Part shown: positions 37,969 through 47,224 of the stretch, in pieces
Layout of the letters: the number at the start of each line of letters is the position of its first letter
Numbering within the stretch: position 1 is the first letter of the stretch
Source of the DNA: a virus
Length of the DNA stretch: 64,000 bases
Virus record (IMG/VR): IMGVR_UViG_3300034062_003964
Coordinates: 1-64,000 of that record
Strand: one strand, 5' to 3'
The notes under the pieces: model-generated
The model's database searches: none
The model's input: the letters and a program-made list of their open reading frames with translations, nothing else
Told to the model about the DNA's origin: nothing
Position numbers and translations under genes: made by a program

Positions 37969-39009
37969 TTAAACCAAATAAGCTACTGTTTTTATTTTAG
38001 ATTCTAAAATTAAATTTGATTTGGTCACAACGATTAAAAAAGTGTCCCCATCATTTATTTGTATTGTTGTTAAACCACTACCTACATAGTTTGAATTTAA
38101 ATAGATGTCATAAGAACTTATGTTTTCAATTTCAGTAACTTTTAAATCTACGGTGTATCTAAATGTTTCAGTTAATTGATTGTTTCCTGCAACAAACAAT
38201 AAATCTAAATCAAAATTGTCAGGTCTTGGTGGTTCTATTTTAACTCGTTTAGAAGAAGTTCTAGTTTCAGTTTCAAATAAAGACACTTGTCTTGTAATTG
38301 CGGGTGACACTTTAAATTCGGCTTCATCTATTAACAGACCTTTCATAATAAAGGTATAATTGGCGATGTAATACTTTCTTTTTTCTAATTCTTTAACAGA
38401 CTCATCGGCAACACCTTCCATAACAATTGGAATATAGTGACCTTTGATTTGTGTGTAAGCCTGTTTTGATGTAAAAGTTTGCATTATAATTTTATTGAAC
38501 TCATTAAGTTCACGCATCCTATTACAAAATAATTTTACATTGTAAGTTATATCAACAGGAATTGGTTGGGGTATCGTGTAAACATCAGCACCTTTTCTTT
38601 GACCATCCCAAGTTGGAACAGTGTAATAAAAGAATTGCCTTCTATTTGGTATGTTTGCTGCACCTCCTTGAAAAGTTCCATATTTAACTTCAGGTGTTCT
38701 TACCGTCGCAATAAAAGGTAATGAAATGTTTTTATCTAAATCTTGAAAGTTCCAAGTCTCAGTAAATTGAGACCAGTTTTGAGTTGTTATAATTTTATCA
38801 ACGGTTGGTACTGTTTTTTCTGTTACAACCAATTTTAGTCTTTCTTTAACAAAATCCAACATACCCAAATCTAAATCGGCATGTAACACACCTTTAGGTA
38901 AAAAAGTTCCATAGTCAGTAATGTCGTCCAACATTTCTTGTCGTCTTTCTCTACCTACTTTTTCAGGTATTAATGGTAAATTTTTTTTAACTTTTGATGG
39001 TAATGCCAT
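37969..39009 (-). CDS. Tail completion / terminator-like virion protein
   Basis: DLDLGMLDFV, SLPFIATVR, PQPIPVDITYNVKLF...LNEF pattern; upstream of sheath and next to the neck gene. Confidence 0.6.
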   Translation of the reverse strand: MALPSKVKKNLPLIPEKVGRERRQEMLDDITDYGTFLPKGVLHADLDLGMLDFVKERLKLVVTEKTVPTVDKIITTQNWSQFTETWNFQDLDKNISLPFIATVRTPEVKYGTFQGGAANIPNRRQFFYYTVPTWDGQRKGADVYTIPQPIPVDITYNVKLFCNRMRELNEFNKIIMQTFTSKQAYTQIKGHYIPIVMEGVADESVKELEKRKYYIANYTFIMKGLLIDEAEFKVSPAITRQVSLFETETRTSSKRVKIEPPRPDNFDLDLLFVAGNNQLTETFRYTVDLKVTEIENISSYDIYLNSNYVGSGLTTIQINDGDTFLIVVTKSNLILESKIKTVAYLV

Positions 39010-39011
39010 TA

Positions 39012-39527
39012 TTATAATCCTTTAAATTCATTGTCTGTGACAGGAGAAGCCAATATGGAACGATAGAAAGGTTTATACCCCCCGTATGTATGTTTATTAT
39101 CACTTAACACACGACCATCATTCACAACAGTATAGTATCTAACTCTATCTTCTGTTTCATAATAACCAATATAGTCTCCAAAATTAATATCAATATCCAA
39201 CTCCTCAAGTTGTTTTTGATAAACACCAACTTTAAGATTTCCAGGTTCTGATTGTGATAATCTTGATGACCCGTAATCAACATTAGTTGAAGCTTCAATT
39301 TGAACATACCCCTTAAACTCAATAGGTGGTAAGAATTGAATTCCGTCTTCTAATGTTTCACCGTACACATCATCACTAATAGTTCTTTGTCTATCGATGC
39401 GGTATAAAACAAGGGTAAAATTCATATCTCCACCTAACCATTCGTCGCCTATAGAAATATCTAAGTTAAAGTCTTCTTCAGAGAAAAACTTATTAAGTCT
39501 GGTTATTGGAACTCTATTATCTGCCAT
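39012..39527 (-). CDS. Neck / head-closure protein (gp14-like)
   Basis: LYRID...DDVYGE, F.PPIE, GDYIGY...YYTVV pattern of head-closure proteins. Confidence 0.6.
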   Translation of the reverse strand: MADNRVPITRLNKFFSEEDFNLDISIGDEWLGGDMNFTLVLYRIDRQRTISDDVYGETLEDGIQFLPPIEFKGYVQIEASTNVDYGSSRLSQSEPGNLKVGVYQKQLEELDIDINFGDYIGYYETEDRVRYYTVVNDGRVLSDNKHTYGGYKPFYRSILASPVTDNEFKGL

Positions 39528-39582
39528 ACCTATAAATACTTTGATTGATTTTTTGTTTAATTTTATTATATTATATTATATC

Positions 39583-41346
39583 ATGGAAGATTTTGTGCCT
39601 AAAACACCCGAATCAAAAGCCCTTTTAATATTAGACGATTATGAAGGGTCAAATAACTACATCCTTAATTTAAAACACAAAAAACAAAATAGTAAGTCTT
39701 TTGTACCTACAAGACCTCAGGCGGATTACATCAATAATTATCACACCCTACAACCAAAAGTTGCTAAAAAATGGGTCAAGTTAGACTCTTATTTTGGTAA
39801 AAAACTGATGGAAGATAAGATGTATACCAAAGAACCATCAGAAATTTATGTCGAGAAGTTGTTAGTTGAAAAGGATAAGGCTTATCATATTTGGGGTAAA
39901 ATCTTTTCGGGAGAAACTTTACACGACTTTTGGATGCCAAAATCTGCATTACTAAAAGATAACGAAGTCAAAAACATTTCTATCGATTATGAAAAATATA
40001 CCCATAGACCACCTATGGAACACCAAAAAGAAGCAATTGAGAAACTTGTAAAAAATAAAAAGTTTATTTTGGCGGATGATATGGGTCTTGGTAAAACTAC
40101 ATCAACAATCATCGCAGCTTTAGAAACGGGAGCCAAAAAAGTTTTGATTGTGTGTCCAGCATCTTTAAAAATAAATTGGGAAAGGGAGATTGCAAATTAT
40201 TCAGATAGAACCGTATATATTGCAGAAGGTAAGAAATTTTCAGATGAACATGATTTTGTTATTGTTAACTACGACATCTTAAAAAATTTCCATGACGCTA
40301 AAGAAACCGAAAAGTCAGAAATAATGAAAATTAATTTTGATTTGGTAATCATGGATGAGGCACATATGATTTCTAATCCACAAGCACAAAGAACAAAAAT
40401 CGCTAACGACATTGCAAGTAAATCAAATAGAGTATGGTTATTATCGGGAACACCAATGACTTCTCGACCTATGAACTATTATAATTTATTAAACCTTGTT
40501 GATAGTCCCGTAGCAATGAATTGGATGGCTTACGCTAAAAGGTATTGTAACGGATTCCAATTTAGTGTTGGGAAAAGAAAGGTATGGAATGTTACAGGAG
40601 CATCTAATCTTGATGAGTTAAGGGAAAGAACCCAAACACATATTCTACGAAGATTAAAAGAAGAGGTTTTGGATTTACCTGAAAAAATTATTACTCCCGT
40701 TTATTTAAGACTAAAATCAAAAGACTACGAAGAGTTAGTTGGTGAATATTTTGATTGGTATGACCAAAACCCTGAAGAGTCGACATCACTTACCATTCAG
40801 TTTTCAAAACTAATGAAAGTAAGAAAAGTAATCGCTAAAGAAAAAATTAAAAACACAATCGAGTTAGCGGAAAACATTATAGAGCAAGGTAAAAAAGTTA
40901 TCATATTTACAAACTTCACGGACACATTAAATGAAATCTATAACCATTTTGGTAAATCTGCAGTTTATTTAGATGGTAGTTGTTCTAAGTTTCACAGACA
41001 AAATTCTGTTGATGAATTTCAAACAAACGATAAAATCAAAGTATTTGTTGGTAACCTTAAAGCTGCTGGTGTTGGTATCACTTTAACCTCAGCGGAAGCC
41101 GTAATTATGAATGATTTATCTTTTGTTCCTGCCGAACATTCGCAAGCCGAAGATAGGTCACACCGTATTGGTCAAAAAAATTCAACATCAGTTTATTACC
41201 CTTTATTTGAAAACACAATAGAAGGAGCCATTTACGACATATTAAATAGAAAAAAGAAAATCATTTCAACAGTAATGGGTGATGATATGTTTGATGAGGC
41301 ATCTTCAATAGAAGAAATGTTAAATATGATTTCCGGCATCCGATGA
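39583..41346 (+). CDS. SNF2-family helicase (SMARCAL1/HARP-like)
   Basis: LADDMGLGKT, VCPASLKINW, DEAH, LSGTP, QAEDRSHRIGQ. The likely start is ATG 39583 (MEDFVPK); the track's upstream extension overlaps the divergent neck gene. Confidence 0.92.
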   Translation: MEDFVPKTPESKALLILDDYEGSNNYILNLKHKKQNSKSFVPTRPQADYINNYHTLQPKVAKKWVKLDSYFGKKLMEDKMYTKEPSEIYVEKLLVEKDKAYHIWGKIFSGETLHDFWMPKSALLKDNEVKNISIDYEKYTHRPPMEHQKEAIEKLVKNKKFILADDMGLGKTTSTIIAALETGAKKVLIVCPASLKINWEREIANYSDRTVYIAEGKKFSDEHDFVIVNYDILKNFHDAKETEKSEIMKINFDLVIMDEAHMISNPQAQRTKIANDIASKSNRVWLLSGTPMTSRPMNYYNLLNLVDSPVAMNWMAYAKRYCNGFQFSVGKRKVWNVTGASNLDELRERTQTHILRRLKEEVLDLPEKIITPVYLRLKSKDYEELVGEYFDWYDQNPEESTSLTIQFSKLMKVRKVIAKEKIKNTIELAENIIEQGKKVIIFTNFTDTLNEIYNHFGKSAVYLDGSCSKFHRQNSVDEFQTNDKIKVFVGNLKAAGVGITLTSAEAVIMNDLSFVPAEHSQAEDRSHRIGQKNSTSVYYPLFENTIEGAIYDILNRKKKIISTVMGDDMFDEASSIEEMLNMISGIR

Positions 41347-41358
41347 TATTTATTTATC

Positions 41359-42447
41359 ATGGAAGTGAATATTGAATATATTGGAGTTGAACCTACAAAG
41401 GGTGATAAAGTATTAATTGACGATTTTATAACTCAACTAAAAAAAAATTATCCATTAAAGGATGATATTGATATTCTATTTCAAAATAAAAGAACTGGCG
41501 AAATGACAACTGGTTCAAGAACCAACAAAAACAAACTTAAAATTTTAGTTAAAGGTAGATTGAATCGAGATGTTTTAAGAACATTGGCGCATGAATGGTC
41601 ACATGAACACCAAAGAACTATTTTGAAAAGAAAAAAAGGAAAAGATATCGGTGGAAAAAATGAAGATGAAGCAAGTGCACAAGCATCACAAGAAATGAAA
41701 AAGTTTGAGAAAAATAATAAATCAAAAGAAAAATCAATATACAAACCTTTTTCAAAAAAAATTAATGAGATTGAATCTTTGTTGGAGGTTGAGTTTAATT
41801 CCAAAGAAACGTTAATTAGTGAAATAAAAAAAATAAGTATCGATAAACTACCTTACAATTATGATGAGTTAGAAAGATTTATTGACAGTGAAACGATGAA
41901 AACCCACTACAACAAACACTACAAAGGATATGTTGAAAAACTTAATGTTGAATTAGAAAAAGTTAAAGGTAAGGATTTAGACCTTGAGGAAATTATAGAA
42001 AAGATTTCTAAATTTAATAAGGTAGTTAAAAATAATGGTGGTGGTGCGTTTAACCACGCTTTGTTTTGGAAAATGTTATCTCCAAAAAAACAAGAAATAT
42101 CTGGCCCAATACTTTCTAAAATAGAAAAAGATTTTGGTTCATTTGAAAAATTCAAAGAACAATTTAGTGAAGAAGCAAAAACTAAATTTGGTTCAGGATG
42201 GGCTTGGTTAATTTTAACAAAAAATAATAGATTAAAAATTGTTACAACATCCAACCAAGACAATCCCTTAATGAATACCGAAAAAGAAAATGGATACCCA
42301 TTATTAGGTTTAGACTTATGGGAACATGCGTATTACTTAAAATACAAAAATAAAAGAGATGAATACATTTCAAATTTTTGGAAAGTTGTGAATTGGGGGT
42401 TTGTAAATGACCTATACACTACTCAGTTAAAAATTAGAAAATCGTAA
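41359..42447 (+). CDS. Fusion: HExxH metallopeptidase-like domain + Fe/Mn superoxide dismutase
   Basis: N-term LAHEWSH...EDEA; C-term LPYNYDELE, HYNKHYKGY, NGGGAFNH, FGSGWAWL, NQDNP, DLWEHAYY (all four SOD metal ligands present). Confidence 0.9.
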   Translation: MEVNIEYIGVEPTKGDKVLIDDFITQLKKNYPLKDDIDILFQNKRTGEMTTGSRTNKNKLKILVKGRLNRDVLRTLAHEWSHEHQRTILKRKKGKDIGGKNEDEASAQASQEMKKFEKNNKSKEKSIYKPFSKKINEIESLLEVEFNSKETLISEIKKISIDKLPYNYDELERFIDSETMKTHYNKHYKGYVEKLNVELEKVKGKDLDLEEIIEKISKFNKVVKNNGGGAFNHALFWKMLSPKKQEISGPILSKIEKDFGSFEKFKEQFSEEAKTKFGSGWAWLILTKNNRLKIVTTSNQDNPLMNTEKENGYPLLGLDLWEHAYYLKYKNKRDEYISNFWKVVNWGFVNDLYTTQLKIRKS

Positions 42448-42484
42448 CATAAATAATTTATAAGATATTTATATTAAAAAATCT

Positions 42485-43606
42485 ATGTCAAACGTTGTAA
42501 TCATAAATGAGCCCGACAGAAGTAAACTTTATAAAAGAATACGAAATCTTTTAGGGGCACCATTACGTTCTGTAGAGTTAGAGGACGAAATGATGGATTC
42601 TTTATTAGAACTTTCAATCGAAGATTATGAACAGCACGTCCAAGATTGGTTAATAGAATCTCAGTGGTCTTCTGTTTATGGATTAAACCTTGATGAACAA
42701 TCAATTACAAGAGCATTATCCACTCGTAGTATGGATTGGGAAACTCAATACACATATGCGTATTCAAAAATCGTGGGTTTACAAGCTGGTGGTGATTGGG
42801 TTTTAAAGAAAGATTATATTGAATTAATTGATAACCAACAAATTTATGAAATACCTGCAGGTAGAGAAATAAATGAACTTCTTTGGTTTGCTCGTTCAGA
42901 ATTAGATGCGGCATACTTTGACCCATTTATGGGTGGATTTGGGGGTATGGGTGGTATTGGTTTAGGTGGTGGTGCTGGGTTTTCACAACTCGGGACTACG
43001 GGTAACTATTTCATTACTCCAGCATTTGATATCTTATTAAGGATGTCAGACATCAGTATTAAAAGAAGAATTATTACAGGTGATTTAACATATAGAATTA
43101 CAGCGTTACCTGAAGGAAAAAAGGCGATTCACTTAATGAATGTTCCTGGAGGTAAATTTGATTTTGGTAATATGAGAAGAAATCGTAATAGAGTTTGGTA
43201 TTGGTATTATGATACGTTTGATAGAGAAGATTGTTTAGCAAAAAATCCAGACGTAGTAAGACTCCCATCTGATGTCCCATTAGATAAAATGAGATGGGAT
43301 AAACTTAATCCACCTGCACAAACGTGGGTTAGGAGATGGTTTACCGCATATTGTAAAGAAACTTTAGGTAGAGTTAGAGGTAAGTTCAGTGGTAATCTTA
43401 AAACACCTGACTCTGAATTAACTATGGATTATACGTCTTTGGCTACAGAAGCGAAAGATGAAAAGGCTATGTTGTGGGAAGAACTTAAAACAAGACTCGA
43501 AAGATTACGTCCGGAAAAAATGATGGAACAAAAGGCTTTACAAGCGGAGAACTTAAACAAATTATTAAAGTTAAGAGCTTTCCAAAGCCCATACACAGTA
43601 ATTTAA
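42485..43606 (+). CDS. Neck / head-tail adaptor protein (T4 gp13-like)
   Basis: IRNLLGAPLRSVELEDE start and WVRRWFTAYCKETLGRVRGKF near the C-terminus match the gp13 pattern. Confidence 0.8.
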   Translation: MSNVVIINEPDRSKLYKRIRNLLGAPLRSVELEDEMMDSLLELSIEDYEQHVQDWLIESQWSSVYGLNLDEQSITRALSTRSMDWETQYTYAYSKIVGLQAGGDWVLKKDYIELIDNQQIYEIPAGREINELLWFARSELDAAYFDPFMGGFGGMGGIGLGGGAGFSQLGTTGNYFITPAFDILLRMSDISIKRRIITGDLTYRITALPEGKKAIHLMNVPGGKFDFGNMRRNRNRVWYWYYDTFDREDCLAKNPDVVRLPSDVPLDKMRWDKLNPPAQTWVRRWFTAYCKETLGRVRGKFSGNLKTPDSELTMDYTSLATEAKDEKAMLWEELKTRLERLRPEKMMEQKALQAENLNKLLKLRAFQSPYTVI

Positions 43607-43611
43607 TTTTT

Positions 43612-43944
43612 ATGTCAGTATTTAGGTCAATTCCATCAAAAAGAATAATTAATGGTCATGAAATTGTGACTTCAGATGTTGCGGTAGTAACTAATAAAAC
43701 TTATTCAACAAACGGAGAATCTGCAATTGTTATAAAAGACGTTGATTCTTGTGAATTATTTTTAGATTCTAAAACAACAGACCATATAGTTATAAAGGCA
43801 CTTACAGTTGTAAACGTTAGTGCCGATTCTTTAATTGATGAAGAATTTGACGTTATTGAGTTAGATAAAGGTGCTTGTGTTGAATACAGAAAAATAGGTG
43901 ACTTTTGGTATATTCTTTCATCTGACGGATTGAAGGACTCTTAG
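43612..43944 (+). CDS. Small beta-rich hypothetical, possible virion accessory domain
   Basis: 110 aa; IVIKA...LID...IEL..GACVEY....WYI resembles fibre-associated beta domains. Confidence 0.6.
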   Translation: MSVFRSIPSKRIINGHEIVTSDVAVVTNKTYSTNGESAIVIKDVDSCELFLDSKTTDHIVIKALTVVNVSADSLIDEEFDVIELDKGACVEYRKIGDFWYILSSDGLKDS

Positions 43945-46769
43945 TCGAAACTAAGAGCCATTAAATCACCATCAACATCAAATTCATAATACTCATCAGC
44001 GTCTACTTTCTTTTGTTGTTGAACATATTTCTCCATTAAAACTCTGTTATTTTCAACCCATTTGGTATCTACTAAATCTACCGTTCCATCCAAATACATA
44101 TAGTAAGGGTCAATGCCCACATTCTTCCAAAACGTTAATTCTGTATCAGATAACGTTAATACTTCTTCTAATGTGTCTTGGTGAACCTCTTTCATAGGAT
44201 ACCCACGTACTAATTCAGTTTGAGTCTTAGTGAAGATAGGTCTATCTTTTGGGTCTTCGATTAAAATGTCTTTTCTGATTTCAGGTCTATAAACAACAAG
44301 TAATGGTTCGATTCTTTTGTTAAATGCTGCAATATATCTTGGAACATTATACTCACCCAATAAGTCTGGATTCATTTCAATATCACGTTCGTCAATCATA
44401 TAACAATTTAAAACTAATTCATCTTTTTTCTTTTGAACGTCACCATGTGATTTTTTTTCACCATTATTAACATAAAAGATTGTGTCACCAAGACCGGGAT
44501 TTTTACCTTCTTTAATTAAAAGTTCCATATGTGCTTGACGGGACATCATATTACCAGCTATTGTGGTTTTAGTAATGTGAACTTTGTAGTCATCTATTGA
44601 TTGTTTAACACGAGCTTTGTTTGCGATTTTAGCCAAAGGGATTTGTCGGTTATAAAGTTTGTCAACATACTCATAGTAGAAATCCAAGAACTCACCACCC
44701 TTACCATCTAATAACATTCGAAGTCCTTTATCCAAAAATTCAGCAACATAGGTTTGAAGTTTTTTAGATTTAATACTATTACCTGTTAGTTTTACTTTAC
44801 CCTTATCTGTAAGAAGAGCATAGTTTTTACGAGCCACATTAATTGTTGAAGGCCAAACCCCATCAATATCTAATCCCATTTCACCTCTTAAAAATAAATC
44901 ATTATATTCGGCAACATCCGCTTCTGCTCCAATATATTCCTTACCTTCTTTAACCAATCCATTCAATCCCTTTCCAATATACTTATATTCTTCTCTATCT
45001 TCTGGGGTTTCAAAGTTTACACCATCCGTGTCCATTACAAGTGGAACATAACCTCTTTTCATAAAGAACATAATCATCTGTCTTAAATATTGTCTACCCG
45101 TACAAGTAATCTGTTCACCCATATCGATATCACCCCATGGAAATACTTGTGGAGCTGATAATGAACCAAAGAATGCGTTGATAAAGATTTTAATTGGTAA
45201 TTGTTTACGGTCATAAGAAATTGCAAGTTTAGGGTCAATAGACTTATATTCACTTGCTAAGTTCTTATATTTAATACGAGTATCACGGAAATACTTTAAC
45301 ATACTTTTCATCGCTCCTGTTACGTCACATTTAGGGAATACGTCGTGAACCAACTGAATAGATGGGTATAGTGAAGAGTAGTCAAGTTTCAATACGTTCT
45401 TAGAGAACCCAACCTGAACCAAACGAGAAAGTCCTCCTGTAAACTTTCTTTTTTCTAATTTTCTTGGTAATGCCAAGTTATGTTTATATGACCATGAGGA
45501 CATAATCATTTTCCATAATGTTGCGGTCCCCATAGTTGAAAGTCTCTCATACGTTGTTGGTACAAGTTTAGACAACAAGAAGTTTGCTTGATTAAACTGC
45601 TCATCAACTATCATCGTTTCATAAAGGTCATCGTCCAAGTAGTCCTCAATAATTTTTGAACCCGTAACTAGTTTATAAACATCATCTCTTCTTTTACAGA
45701 CCTCATCTATTTTTGAATCAAACCCAACTTTTTTGTAAGCTCCGTTTTCTTTGTTCATCCAATATTCAAGATTATCAAAATAGATTTTACCAATCTTATC
45801 CCCTTCAACATAAACGCGATTTGGTTTTTCCGCTTCAATAAATTTGGTAATATACTTCAAAGACCAACTCTTAATGTCTGAGTTAATCGCTTGTGCTCTA
45901 CGAACTGCGTGAGCAATATCCACAATGTTATACCCCCACATCTGAGTCTGAACGTATGGTTCCATTTCGTTTGCTAACTTTAGGATACCATCTTTTTGTT
46001 TCAATGTGTAATCAGGATGTAAGGTCTTTGATATTTTTTTAATGTTTAAATTTAATATTTCCGCTCTTTTCAAAATAAACGGGAAGTCAAAGAATGCTGA
46101 GTTGTAACCCCCAATCAAAGATGGTTTTAACTCATCAATAGTCTTAAAGAAGTCGACAATCATTTGTCTTTCTTCATCTTCATTTTGTGCTGATAATAAT
46201 TTTAGAAAACCACGATTGTCTTTCATCCCTATCAAGAATATCTTACTTGTTTTGGGGTCAAGACCTGTGGTCTCGATATCGAATACAAACCTGTGGATTT
46301 CATCATACTCATCAAAACCTTTGAAAAGTCTTTTACTTTTTTGAATTAAGTATTGCTCAACTGGCGATAATATCTGAATTGAGTCTGTGTTGTCTCTACC
46401 CCACGGGTCTAAACCACCCCCCTTAAAAAAGTTTACAAGATTGGAATACGATTTTGTTGTTTTAACCAAATACTTCAATCCGTTCTCTAAACGTTCATCA
46501 CCGTGAGTATCAAGCCTTTCTATGATAATACCATTTTCACTCATCGCACGTTTTTGTGCGTGTTTATCGTTCTTGTAAAAGTTTTTACCTTTCAAGTCAC
46601 CAACCCAAGCAAATGGAATAAATGTGTCGGGACGTAACATTTTACCCTTAATAGGGTCTTGTATTACTTTATAAATCTTTGAGGATTTGTAATCGTATTC
46701 GAGTGATACGATATATTTTTCGTCGTCTTCGCCTAATAGGAAGCGTTCAATTTCTTCTTGTGGAACCAT
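43941..46769 (-). CDS. Family B DNA polymerase with 3'-5' exonuclease
   Basis: ExoI FDIETTG, ExoII GYNSAFFD, motif A LDYSSLYPS, motif B KIFINAFFG, motif C MDTDG, KNYA. Confidence 0.95.
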   Translation of the reverse strand: MVPQEEIERFLLGEDDEKYIVSLEYDYKSSKIYKVIQDPIKGKMLRPDTFIPFAWVGDLKGKNFYKNDKHAQKRAMSENGIIIERLDTHGDERLENGLKYLVKTTKSYSNLVNFFKGGGLDPWGRDNTDSIQILSPVEQYLIQKSKRLFKGFDEYDEIHRFVFDIETTGLDPKTSKIFLIGMKDNRGFLKLLSAQNEDEERQMIVDFFKTIDELKPSLIGGYNSAFFDFPFILKRAEILNLNIKKISKTLHPDYTLKQKDGILKLANEMEPYVQTQMWGYNIVDIAHAVRRAQAINSDIKSWSLKYITKFIEAEKPNRVYVEGDKIGKIYFDNLEYWMNKENGAYKKVGFDSKIDEVCKRRDDVYKLVTGSKIIEDYLDDDLYETMIVDEQFNQANFLLSKLVPTTYERLSTMGTATLWKMIMSSWSYKHNLALPRKLEKRKFTGGLSRLVQVGFSKNVLKLDYSSLYPSIQLVHDVFPKCDVTGAMKSMLKYFRDTRIKYKNLASEYKSIDPKLAISYDRKQLPIKIFINAFFGSLSAPQVFPWGDIDMGEQITCTGRQYLRQMIMFFMKRGYVPLVMDTDGVNFETPEDREEYKYIGKGLNGLVKEGKEYIGAEADVAEYNDLFLRGEMGLDIDGVWPSTINVARKNYALLTDKGKVKLTGNSIKSKKLQTYVAEFLDKGLRMLLDGKGGEFLDFYYEYVDKLYNRQIPLAKIANKARVKQSIDDYKVHITKTTIAGNMMSRQAHMELLIKEGKNPGLGDTIFYVNNGEKKSHGDVQKKKDELVLNCYMIDERDIEMNPDLLGEYNVPRYIAAFNKRIEPLLVVYRPEIRKDILIEDPKDRPIFTKTQTELVRGYPMKEVHQDTLEEVLTLSDTELTFWKNVGIDPYYMYLDGTVDLVDTKWVENNRVLMEKYVQQQKKVDADEYYEFDVDGDLMALSFD

Positions 46770-46833
46770 ATTTTATATTTTTTAGTTTTGGGTTATTGTT
46801 CTCACGAACTAAGTCGTGGTTTCCCTTTTTCAA

Positions 46834-46865
46834 TAAATATAAAAATGAGTTGTGTTAATGTCAAA
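46834..46865 (-). promoter_or_regulatory. Promoter for DNA polymerase
   Basis: Minus strand TTTGACA-N17-TATATTTA; same architecture as the SSB-operon promoter (TTTGACA-N16-TATATTTG). Confidence 0.6.
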
Positions 46866-47214
46866 TAATATTGATGTAAAGATTTTCTCTAATCGGTGAA
46901 ATTAATTCTCCACTTTCTAATACAACTAAAAACTGACCTAAAAATCTACCTTTCTTGTTTGTGTCTTTTGCTCCCCACTTATAGTAAATGTAGTATTCCC
47001 ATGGTGCGTCAGGATTTCTTTTATCTTTTGCAACAATATATGCTTGTTTCATACTAACTTTTGGAATTCCATTATCTTCATTAATCATAGAAAATCTTAA
47101 AGTCGCATTATCCATTATTGAGTAAAATTCTTCACCCGCATTAGTTCTACCGTCAAAAACTACATCCATTTTGACTATCGGTAAAGTTGTATTTTGTTTT
47201 ATAAAAAATTCCAT
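46861..47214 (-). CDS. BppU-N-like virion adaptor protein
   Basis: Probable start MEFFIKQNTTLP at 47214; YKWGAKDTNKKGRFLGQF...P..ENLYINI resembles the BppU N-terminal pattern. Confidence 0.6.
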   Translation of the reverse strand: MEFFIKQNTTLPIVKMDVVFDGRTNAGEEFYSIMDNATLRFSMINEDNGIPKVSMKQAYIVAKDKRNPDAPWEYYIYYKWGAKDTNKKGRFLGQFLVVLESGELISPIRENLYINII

Positions 47215-47224
47215 TTTTTTAATT

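Noticed and set aside
4651-39527. Bacterial contractile injection system (eCIS/tailocin) instead of a phage
   Set aside because: It is interleaved with phage replication genes and head-tail neck proteins.
39397-39582. N-terminal extension of the SNF2 ORF given in the track
   Set aside because: It overlaps the divergent neck gene and AT-rich promoter DNA; ATG 39583 is the plausible start.
7041-46769. Inteins, introns or homing endonucleases in nrdA, helicase, recombinase or polB
   Set aside because: Protein lengths are ordinary, catalytic motifs are contiguous, and no splicing or LAGLIDADG/HNH motifs were seen.
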